The notes under the pieces were generated by a model. The model was not told the origin of the DNA. It made no database searches and saw only the letters and a program-made list of their open reading frames with translations. The position numbers and the translations under genes are program-made. Positions 1-11,908 of a stretch of 64,000 nucleotides of DNA are shown here, piece by piece; position 1 is the first letter of the stretch, and every line of letters starts with the position of its first letter. Source of the DNA: Lytechinus pictus (Eukaryota). The stretch spans positions 41,542,001 to 41,606,000 of the forward strand of contig NC_087245.1 of NCBI RefSeq assembly GCF_037042905.1, read 5' to 3'.

Positions 1-3000
1 CATCATTAAAGGCTTGAAACATACAGGTTTTACTCTAAAGATTACAGCAAGGTTCTCATGATGAACCGTTCAAGGCCTTGTTTGTATAAAAAGGTACATG
101 TACATGTAGCTATGCTATCCAATGGTATCTTCCATGGAATCCTTGATGTTGATTGGCTGTTGAGCACTGTTACCATGGTAACAGAGGGCAAAGTTAACAT
201 CAAACCAACTGTACCATCACATACTTGGGCAAAGCAAAAAATAGATGAGCTACATACATGCATGTATAAATCTATTAGAATTATTATCAAATTGAAAATA
301 AATCAATGATTGTAGAGAGATATTTTTTTCTTTACTTTGAAAACTAATCAATTTTAGTACCAAAAAACTAACTTCAATCAAAATCCTCCAAAACAAGTCA
401 AATATTATCCATGCAAAGAATGCACACTTTATAGGTTTTCATTTATCAAATTGAGTCAACAAATCGTTTATGCAATGACAAATAAGATCACTGATAAATT
501 TCCTCCTTCTGAAATTCAAACAAATCCAAATATTTATAGTTGACTTGTAAGTTCATAATACTAACACATTCATCATGTACAGTGAGCGACAGCTATGAAG
601 GTTATTACCGCAAACTTTTCAATCTCCTGATATCTCACCACAAATCGGCATATATTTGTAAGTGAATTATTAATAATAGAAGAATTTGTACAAGCCAGAA
701 TAGGCAAGCTAAGCCTTTCAAAGGAATTAATGAAGCTCAAACGCATGATGACTTCCACCCAGACAGTCTAAATAATGAACAGTCACTTTGAATTAGGCCG
801 CGACTTGGCACAGAGAAAAACAGCAACACAAATGCTCAAGTGCATACAAGCGGCATGACCCCCCTTTGTGTCCTGGGCCGAAGAGCCCAATTTTTTTTAC
901 CTCTTACAAATTAGAGGCCTGCGCTACGGGACCTCCAGCTCGTGCAATCAGGGAGATAAGATCTCGGTACATGATGCGCCCCAGGGTGCGAAACCAACGG
1001 AATGCGTTGAACGGCAAGCAGCTTGTTCTACTCTGCTACGTACTGCTCCTGCTCTGGGAAGATCTAATAGTTTGGCCTGGACGCAACTTCGAAATAATTC
1101 TTTATAAAAAAAATCAGGCTCTCTGAAAAAATTAATTGCTAAATGCAAGATTACAATTTACATCCTACCTCATTACATACACTGTACTTTACATGTATAA
1201 TGCGTCTTGTATAGTACTAGTCTTGTAAGGTGACTTGTTGTGAGCAAAATTAAGGTTGGACTTATCTTACACTTCAACTTGTCATTACAACTTTTGGGGA
1301 AACAATCATCTTCCTTCATAAAAGGAAAGAATAAACTTTGCAAAGTAATTGGAATATCATAGTACTACAATGTAGGTAGGCCTACATTGATCATTGCAAG
1401 GGATTTTTTTTTTTTACAAAGCATCAACTAAATCTGAGTTTAATATCATTACAATAGCACCAGTGTAATACGATTTCTGAATGAACAAAGTAGTAAATGT
1501 CATCTTCAATCAGAGAAATACAAAGGAAAATGAGCTGTTCACCTCTTAATGAACTTAAGTTCTCTGGGGCTGACCAATGGAGTTGCTGTGGGATGGGAGG
1601 TGGAATGAATTAATAATAGGTAGTGATATCAGCATATTGTCAATATCTGAGGAATAATTGAAGAAGAAAGTATGAATGCTTACTCCAAAATATCACAAAG
1701 AAAGCAGGAGGGCCATTAATCTAATCTACCTTTCTGTTATCACTTAAATAATATAAAGCAAAAGGCTTTTTAAAAATGCCCATTCCTTCGATACCTAGAC
1801 TATGTGACCCTGTAGATAAAAACAGTGGGGGGGGGAATTTAGCATTTCGCTCTCGATTGTGTTTTGAAATTCTTGACATATACCTGACTGAAATACAATG
1901 GACTGATAAACTAAACACAAATCAGACTTTTTTGTTATTGTAATCAATGTGGGATCCTACAAAGATACACCAAAATGGAACAAGTATTGTTAGCCCCTAA
2001 AAAAAATCTCAATCTCAATCTATAAGCCTATTCTAATAATCTAGGATTAAAAAGAATCTCTGAAACATTGTCCAATTATTAACTATTAAAGGAGGTATAA
2101 AGCATCCTTGCAAAGCAAACTGCAATAGATCACTCTGTATGTACAGAAGTAAAATTCATTATGACCTCACACCATCCATCCCAGACTACATACAGCATTG
2201 CCCCTTGTTTGAACAGCACCTTTAAGCCGGAGCCTGCCTAAAGCAGAATTTTAATAAAGCATGCTTCTGCCTTGATTTGACGGCAGCCAACAATTAAGTT
2301 GTGTTTGTATTTACAAGCCTCAATGGAAGTATTTGGCAAATTTCAATTGCAGTATTCATGCCCATTTTCATGTGGCCACTGAAAGAAGGTAATAAACTAT
2401 TATAGGAATAATAGTATGCATTTATGCCTGTCCCTCGAATTCCAATGAGCCGGCTCAAGGCTTGTACAGGAGAAGGGATTAGAATGTAATAGATGTAACC
2501 TTACTCTGCTAGATCTAGTGTGCATGATTACACGTCTTGATTAATGGTATACATTTGTATTGTCAATAACTCATGGTAATATGTTTGTATTGTATCATAT
2601 AATGCTAAGAAGCAATGCTCTTGACCACTGATGGAGAATGACCCATGAAATGTCTTAATTAAAATCTTATGGTTGGCATACTGAATGAAGCAGATCTTTT
2701 TTCAAGAACAGAGTATGTTACATAAGAATAAGATACAAGGTTGCAGCAAACAATATTATTTCATGAGAAAGTAATTTAAATCAAGGCTAATTGTCACCAT
2801 ATTATCATAGATCTAAAATTGGTTTATTAATGTAAACTTACATACTTTGTAAAATCATGAAATCCTAGCTGAAAATTGATAATTCTGATAATAACTCACA
2901 CAAAAAGGCATATTGCACATTTTTTCCAGAGCCAATTGGCGCATACTTTATTATTTATACATACAAACACTTGGGTGGTCATTTTATTGGATTCTGTTCA

Positions 3001-4469
3001 AACTCAATTTTAGATTGTTACAACAACTGGTATTTATCTTTAAAATGTAATGATCAGAAACAATGCTCTTGACCGCTGATGGAGAATGACCATTGAAATG
3101 TCTTATTTAAAATTTCATGGTTGACATATAGGCCTGGTGTCATGACACATATCTTTTATTCTTTTTTTAAGAAGGTCTATATAACAAAACAAGAACAAGA
3201 TGAAAAGAAAAGGGAAAATACACAAGTGGGGTGGGAAGCAAATAATTATGATAATAATGGAAGTGGCAGTGGTGGTGGTGGAGGTGATGAATCAAGCAAA
3301 GAAACACTGCATATTAAGCATACATGTAGGCCTATACTGCATAACCGTGTCGCTCAAAATGGAACTATCAGATACAAATATGTATTTTCACTCGCACACT
3401 GACCCATGCTGATTGATTTTTCATTTCTTTCTTGTACCCTCACCAGCTATAAAAACAGCAGAGACCACGGGAAATTCACCATAGAAATGTAAGAAATAAA
3501 ATAAAATTAACCTAACTTCATGAAGTACGTATGAAATAGGGCTCCTTTGGGAGTGGGGGGGGGGGGCTAGAACATCAAAACAGTACTTTAAACTTTTAAG
3601 TGACATGTAATTTAATATGAAACCTCTGAAAATAAAAATTTCGCATTTTTCTGTTTTTTATTCCAAAACTGTTGCTTCTCTCAAGCCAACATCATGTTTC
3701 TTATTCTGTACCCCTCCCCTTAATTCCCTCTCTCAAGTTCTCCATCCTCTTCTCTCCATCACCTTTCATCTTTCTTCTCCATCTTGTCACTGTTTTCTTC
3801 CTCCTTCTCCCCAGCCGACACCCTACGTGTCTGATTCTGTTGTTGTTTTAACAAATGTCATGTGTAAGGGCATCTCGTTGGGGACTCCCCAGACCATAAT
3901 TGAATTTGCCGATGATCCAGGGAATTTGGGTGTATGGATTTATGAATTACGATGCAAACTCAGCAAACTCATTCAGCGAACACGCCTCTGATGTTTGTTT
4001 TAATGGTGGTTATCATGCCATGCAATTATACATGGAAATATGAATATGGCATAAATACTTAGGTTAATACGCACCCTTAATTAAAAAAAATAATCCAGAT
4101 ATAGCAGTGTGGGTTAGCATAACATTTCAAAGTGATTATGTCTGAAATTTTAGAGGTATAGTATGAGACAAATAATATTACTTTTAGGCTTTTGATAAAA
4201 ATAATTTTGTTTTCTTTCCATGTTTACCAAACCTTTACTTTATTAGTGCAGTATGTATTCACAAGAGTGAAAAATCCTGCAGTAGATTGAATACCACACT
4301 ATTTGTTCAGAGTTTAGAGGTTTCCTTTTACCAAATTAGCAATCACAAACTAATCAGCAATGTGTGTTGCTATATATTGGGAGCCTACATATGTAAATGT
4401 GACAGATTACTTGAAGATTTTATGATTAAAGAGGAAACAAAAAGTATGCCAACTTCGGGGAAATAAAGC

Positions 4470-4659
4470 AAATGATCATGGTGATTGTGGTAATAATGGT
4501 CATGGATGTGTTGGTGGTGGTTGATGTTGTTGGTGGTGTTGGTAGTGGTGGTCATGACTGAGGGGTGATGATGATATTGGTAATGATGGAGATGGTGATG
4601 ATGATGATAATGATGGTGATGATGATCGATGGTGATGATGATGATCAATGGTGATAATG

Positions 4660-4691
<32 letters not shown>

Positions 4692-4748
4692 AATGATGAT
4701 GATGATGGTAATGATGAAGATGATGATGACATTGGTTAAATGATGGTG

Positions 4749-4780
<32 letters not shown>

Positions 4781-5230
4781 CGATGGTGATGATGACGATC
4801 GATGGTGATGGTGATGATGATGGTAATGATGAAGATGATAATGATGATGATGGTAATGATGAAGATGATAATGATGAAGATGATGATGATGGTAATAATG
4901 AAGATGACATTGGTTAAATGACGGTGATGATGATGATGATGGTGTTGGTGGTGGTGGTTAATATGATGATGATCAATGATGGGGAAAACAGTTTTTGGAA
5001 TTGTAAATTATTGGTGATCATGGTGACGGGACAGTGATGATGGTGATGGTAATGATGAATGAGTATTGTGGTGGTAATTGTGGTCATAATGGAATGGTTG
5101 GCAATGATATTGGTTTATCTGCAGTAGAATTGCATGATGAACTGTGGCAGCAGTGATGATGACTGTGATGCTTGTTGGTGAGGACGATGTTTGTGATGGT
5201 GATAGTAATGTTGGTTGGTATATGGTAACA
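4470..5230. repeat. (GAT/GGT)n complex low-complexity repeat
   Basis: Directly visible. Confidence 0.9.
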
Positions 5231-5620
5231 ATGAATGCTAACGATGGGAAGGGGGGATCGAGTAATGAATGACATAAGTTATGTTGCTCCTGAAAATGTT
5301 GTTGTTGTTCGTTGTGGGTCGTTTCCACACACTGAAAATCTCCAAAGAAAATTCAATGGCATAGACAGAAAAAATGTTGAGTGTTGCCTGGCCTGGCCCA
5401 TCGGCTATTTTCATAAAATCAATATAGTCTGCCTATCATGCCTATATAAATGTACAGCAGTATAAAAATGACAATTGAATTACCCTATCACTTATACAAG
5501 TTATGTTACAAAACACACCAAATATTGATGATATCGCTATTGAATGACAGACATTGGTATTGCCTTATCTCTGAACATCACCAGACCGGAAACCGATGCA
5601 GAAATGGTGCCTAAACTTAC

Positions 5621-6400
5621 CCGTCTGCATCAGTCTCGTACCCGTAGGCGTAGCTGCCTCCTGGTTCCAAGGGGGTCTAACCCTTCTTTGGCTTTGTACG
5701 TAAATATTCCAGAATTAGCAGTCACAATCAAATTCGCAATATTTTCAGGTCATTAGATGAACATTGTTGGCTTGGTCAGAAGATCACAGACTGTAATACC
5801 AGAATAAATTAGTAACCTTTTCCAAACCTCCCAGCAAATACTAAATAGTAGCCACTTTTTCAAACAAATACCATCTCACATTGTATGAAGCTCATTTTCA
5901 ACTTCAAGGACCACTCCACTCTCGCCGCAGATTTACTGTGATAAAAAGACCCTTTGTTATGCGATTTGCAGTATTAGCTTACCCAAATCTTTGCCCAGCA
6001 ATGAAAAGTTCAGCGTTGCGACGAGAAGTACACTTTGTAATATTCCACTTGGCAGTACAATAGTAATGAATCCAGAATTGTCGAAAATAATGTGTACTCT
6101 GCAAACGTTGTCGACTCTACCAGAACCACAGCAAATGCTATACCGACTCCGCTCCCTGCAATCTCTGTCGATGTCTCGCTGCCGCTGGAATTACTGGCAG
6201 ATTCGTTCCATTAGTGCCTCATGTGTGTACACAATCACGTGTGGCATTTTGTGTACAAATCTTGCTCGTCCCCACATGATATGAATATTCATATCTTACT
6301 TTTACGAACAAACGACCAATCGCAATCGTGAGATTTTCCGCAAGCATGCGCGGAGTACACACGACTTCCTTTCTCATGATTATGTATGACCACCTTTAAT
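5621..6400 (-). promoter_or_regulatory. Probable promoter and first exon of an unidentified minus-strand gene running off the left edge
   Basis: CpG-enriched block. A consensus donor G|GTAAGT at 5620 follows ATG CAG ACG G (5630-5621). CCAAT- and ETS-like motifs lie at about 6315-6370. Confidence 0.45.
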
Positions 6401-7449
6401 TAGTTCGCTTGTACTTCGGGCATGAATCAATTTGCCAGGCACGCTATCCAAATACGATTGATTACGAATTTATTCTTAATCAAAATTCTACAAATTCTGG
6501 ATGCAATATTGCCCCCACGGCACATGCGTGTGAAAGGGACAAACAACGTGCGATCTAAACCAAATATATATAACAGGTTTACACATTGCTTTTCTCCTCT
6601 CTTTTATTTTGCTGTGACGCGTGCTATTTTTCAACAACATATTCCAATGTTTTTTTTTTTTTACTTCAATGTTCATTTTTCATCCTATATAAATCATTCC
6701 TTTAAAGGCCTATTGATAAATGTTTGATTTGTTCATGATCACCATCTTCATCATTTTCCTTCTTACAATTCGAGATATGCCATTAATATGAATTCCTTGT
6801 TGTATTTTCGTCAGTTGAAACAAACAAGACATTGTGTCCTCTTTTCTTAATATTCAGGAATATTCTCAGCGTGTATGTGCATCTCCATTTCCATTTTTCT
6901 CGTTGATATATATCTTTATCTTTTTAATGTCTTTCATGTCACCCTTCACTCGATTCACCCAACCCTTAACGGATCCAGGGTTTTTCGAAGGGGGAGGTAC
7001 ATATTTCCGAGGAAAATTTGACAAGCAAAAAAAAAAAAAAAGGTTTTCACCAAATATTGAAGGTTATTCCGTCCACGATGAGTTTGACAAGCACCCCCCC
7101 CCCCCCCCAAGAAAAGGGGTCCTCACTTTTGTTTCAACGACATATCCCCATTAAAAACATATGCCCTAACTTTCAAGGGGGCACACTTGGGTAAAAACTA
7201 ATTTTTACATTTAAAATATTACCCTTGCCCCTTTTTACCTTTCTTTCTACCCCTACTTCACCCATTAGTCTTGTCATCATGCATATTCCACCCTCTTTAT
7301 TCACAGAATTATTTGCTGAATGTACCTGTCTAGATTTCGATGTGACTTCAAAATTTTACCGATAGAATCAATATCGTAATCATATATAAAAAAAACATAG
7401 TACAGTTAAGTTATTTCAGATAATACATTTTTTTCAGTATCACTGCCAG

Positions 7450-7527
7450 AGTAGTAGTAGTAGTAGTAGTAGCAGTAGTATTAGTAGTAGTAGTGGTTAC
7501 TGTATAGAGTGTAGTAGGAGTGGTAGC

Positions 7528-7579
<52 letters not shown>
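7450..7579. repeat. (AGT)n microsatellite
   Basis: Directly visible. Confidence 0.9.
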
Positions 7580-8932
7580 TTTCACTATTCCAAACTGAGA
7601 TAAATAATCACGTGGAAGTTTTTTTTTTCTTCTTTCTATTTCATTCATTGTACAATATCTTGTTTACAAACTACATATACTTCCCGAGCAGGCACGACGC
7701 AAGACTTTATCAATAGGCCGCATATATAGCTATCCCACTGCCAAACCTGCTGTGAATAAATATTTACCAGCTCAACTCGAAACCGAAATGAAAATATGAA
7801 ATTTGGCCGATAAGTGGAAAAATCTGCAAAGGATTTTAGCATTGAATACCTGTCGTAAAAATCATAACGCCTATAGATGAAAATAAGACGTGAATACCGG
7901 TAATCTTGGTTGATATAAAGAAATAGGATTTATGCTGTAGAACATGTAGAAAGTAGAAATCTCATTCTCTCTCTCTTTCTTTCTCATTCTCCTTTTTATA
8001 TAGTCTTCATCTTTCTCTTCTTTTACTTGCTCTCTTTGCCTTTCTTCTTCTTCTTCATTTCATTTTGAAAATCACTAAACAAAATTAAAAAGAACATACC
8101 AAGTATTTTCGAAATTCTAAAATCAACTAACTACACTTTTTCTCAATTATCGTTTTAACTTTCGTTAGAAAGGTATATGATGTATTCCCTGATAAATATG
8201 AGGACAGAAAATTGCATTCATTCTGCTTGAGCAGTTATCTTTTGAGGAATATATCCATGAACATCGCCTGACATCAAAAATGAAAATGATGGAAGAAATA
8301 TTTAGAAAAGTTTTTAAAGTGTGAGTGCGTTCATCTAAGCCTCAGATCTAACCATCTCAAATCTAATGATGTAATGATAGTCATTTCTCAAATTCTGAGT
8401 CATCATGACACTTTGCCATTTGGTTAGGGTTAGCTATGGTTATCGAATTTCAAATATGCAAACTTTTCTATATTTTTTCATTATTCTTTAATCATTTTCC
8501 GTCAAGATATCTATATGATATATAATAAAACAATTTCTCCGTTATTCCGATTAGGACTTTCTTCGACAGATTATTTGATATACATGTACTTGGAGACTCA
8601 TATACGATGTGCAAGTTTCAACAATGCAGCATTTAAACTTGTACTTGAGACATGCACGTTAACACTCTCCAATGGATTATGCTTTTCAACAGCTAGGGTA
8701 ATATTATAATTAACGTTCCCTTTTCCTTCTTCTTAAATTCTACTTACTTTCTATTTTTCCATTCATTTTTCTCCGTCTGTTTGTTCTTCTTGTTTATTCC
8801 GCAGGTTATTTGTTGTGAATTAATAATGATAATAAAAAGACATTTTCACCAAAATGTACACACTCTAAAAAAGGGTTGAAAGAGTTTAATCATCACCATG
8901 AAAAGGTTAGATGAGTGGCATTTTTTTTTTAA

Positions 8933-9534
8933 AGGTCAAGTCCACCTCAGAAAAGTATTGATTTGAATCAATAGAGAAAAATCAGACGAGCATAATGCTG
9001 AAAATTTCATCAAAATCGGATGTAATATAAGAAAGTTATGACATTTTAAAACTTTGCTTATTTTTCACAAAGTAGTTATTACGCACAATTTAGTCACCTG
9101 CAAATGAGAGAATCAATGATGTCCTTAATTCACTCACTTTTCTTTTGTTTTTTCTGGTTTGAATTATACAATGTTTCATTTTTTACAGATTTGACAATGA
9201 GGACCAACTTGACTGAACCATATGTTAAACAATGGTAATTCCACACGTTCAGGGCGAAATAAAACTTGGTTTCACAGGACAATGAGGAGAAAATTATAAT
9301 ATTTCATTTGATAAAATACAAAAGAAATCGTGAGTGATTGATTTCATCAGTTCCCTCATTTGCATAATGAACGGGTAGTGCATAATTATAACTATTTTGT
9401 GAAATTAAGCAAAACTTAAAAATGTCATAACCTTCTTATTTTACATCCGATTTTGATGAAATTTTCAATGTTGTGCTTGTTTGATTTTTCTCTTTTTATT
9501 TAAAATCAATTTTGTGTTGGGGTGGACTTGTCCT
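8933..9534. mobile_element. Kolobok-like MITE
   Basis: TTAA|AGG...CCT|TTAA with long imperfect TIRs. Appears nested in a CACT...AGTG element spanning about 8861-9607. Confidence 0.7.
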
Positions 9535-11361
9535 TTAAGTAAGGGTGGAAAACGCTGTCTCTCCTCGGCCCTTTTCCACCCTTTTCACCTTTTGTGTTTT
9601 TATAGTGTACATGGACTGTACATATTTATATCAAAATATTGTACATATTACAAACATGATTTAACAAGACACACTATTCATCATTTTCCTATCATTTTCT
9701 GCGGATTATCCTCACATGATCTCTTCCTCATTCCCGATTATTTTTGAAAACATAGTGGTTGAATGTTTGGGATCTTCATCCCCTTGTGATCACAACCTAC
9801 AAAGACCCCTGATACTCACAGATATAGAGTTTTTATGGAAACAACGGATTCGCGGATTGATTTCCACTTAGCAAGCTTAGGAAGTAACCCATCATAACTC
9901 ATATTTTCGTCCCCTTCTTTCCTAAAGATGAATGTTTCTAATACCAAAGCAGACAAGCAATTTTGACAGCACAATGCAGCTCAATTGGACAATAATAAGT
10001 CACGCCTCATTACCCGTCTCTCCATTGTGGCAGGGTTTTAGCCGCGGGCAACAAACACGCATAACTCAATTGTTATTTATGAAAACAAAATTGTGTCGCA
10101 AAAATGAATGAAAAAGAAGAACGAAAGGAAAATGCAATTGAGATTTATACTTACCATTGTAGGAAACCATGTTTTTAAGTCGGAGTATTTTAAAAAGTGC
10201 ATGTGACTTTTTGACTGCAAAACGTGCAAAGAGTATGGGGTCTTTTTCACAGCGGTAACTTTTCAAGTGGTTTTTTCCTCATTTAGATATGAGATCATCA
10301 TTATGAAGCAATGATGATCCCGATGGACAACGAAGCCTTCATCTAGATCTTATCAAATATACTATGGTCAAGTAAAATTGCGAAAAGATAATCTTCTTCA
10401 TATCATATCACGAAGCTCGTTAAAAGATTTTGAGATCTACTAAACGAAGAAAACCCAAGAAAAATTATATGGGTAGTAAAATAAATATGCAATGAGACGA
10501 TTCATGAAAAAAATCACTTAAATATGGTTTTAAATCTTCTTTACAATATCTTTGGTTCTATATACAAGTGAAAATTCCAATTTCTTCGATCCATGATCTT
10601 CCATTATTTCCATATTATTATGTTTAAGTCATTATTATAAAGATCAAGATCATAAAAATCTAAATTCATATGAGCCATACCTTAAAATACATGCAGTCGC
10701 GGTCAACTCCCATCAATCTCAAAGAATTAATAAAGTACTGAGAATGACATTATGCTAGATATTGGTTCGAATTCTGAAATGATATTAAGACAAAATATTA
10801 GACAAAGATAAATATCAAAATAAATGAGTCAAAGATAAAGATCATATAGATTGCGGAAATCGTTGGAAAGAACGAATTGAATTAAAAAATATAGAATTCA
10901 TAAGCAATGCCGATATCCTTTGAAAAGTTGGATGGTAAATATTTGTTCATAAAATAAATCGAATGGCTGAAAATAAAGTACCCAAATATGATTGTGAAAA
11001 GCAACCATCTTAAAATCAGGCAATAAATATTTCCTGCACAGCATGAATCGGAAATATAAAGTGTTATAATTCGGGATCAAATTTTCACACTTGTCCTGGA
11101 TCTTTCACACTCATTTATTATCGTAAAAGTTTTAATTTGAATAGAAGTGAATCAAAATCAACACGGTCTTTGACGGTATTCGCGTCTCATATCCCCACTT
11201 TGAAATAGGTTGCTTATTTGAATTTGAATACCACCGCTGAGTTGAAATTAGCAGGTCGGAAAAGGTGACACCTTCCGCATGAAAGATTAATTATCTTATA
11301 TCAAACAAGATTTCTGTTATCCATCTAAGAACACGTACTTAACTTATTTATTATAAGTGTA

Positions 11362-11604
11362 CACTCTAAATTACAGGGATTTAAAATTAGTCCACATGGA
11401 CTGTAGTTAGGGACCAATCGAATTCCGGATTTAATTGAATCCTTCAGATTCCTTTTTTAAATCTCGAAAGATTTAAATTTAATTTAAATTTAAATCATTT
11501 GAGATTTAAATTTAAGTCTTTAGGATTAAAACAAAATCCAGAAATCGATTGGTCCCTAACTACAATCCATCTAGACTTATTTTAAATCCCTGTAATTTAG
11601 AGTG
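11362..11604. mobile_element. Palindromic MITE with CACT...AGTG ends (EnSpm-like)
   Basis: TA|CACTCTAAATTACAGGGATTTAAAAT...ATTTTAAATCCCTGTAATTTAGAGTG|TA. Confidence 0.75.
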
Positions 11605-11719
11605 TAGGTATAAGTGTGGCTCTTCCGCGAACAGCGAAGCAAATACACCGCCCCAGTTTTGTTTTGTTTTGGGGTTTTTTTAGGTGTAAAAAAAGAGAAA
11701 ATGGAGAAAAGAGAGGAAG

Positions 11720-11726
11720 CAAGAAA

Positions 11727-11815
<89 letters not shown>

Positions 11816-11908
11816 AAAAAAAGGAAAGAAAGAAAGAAAGAAAGAAAGAAGGAAGGAAGGAAACAAAAAAAGAAAGAAAGAAAGAAAGGAAGAAAAGAAA
11901 AGAGAGAG
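11720..11908. repeat. (AAAG)n microsatellite
   Basis: Directly visible. Confidence 0.95.

Noticed and set aside
4385..5328. His/Ser/Ile-rich ORFs (also 37144-37985)
   Set aside because: Products of (GAT)n low-complexity repeats.
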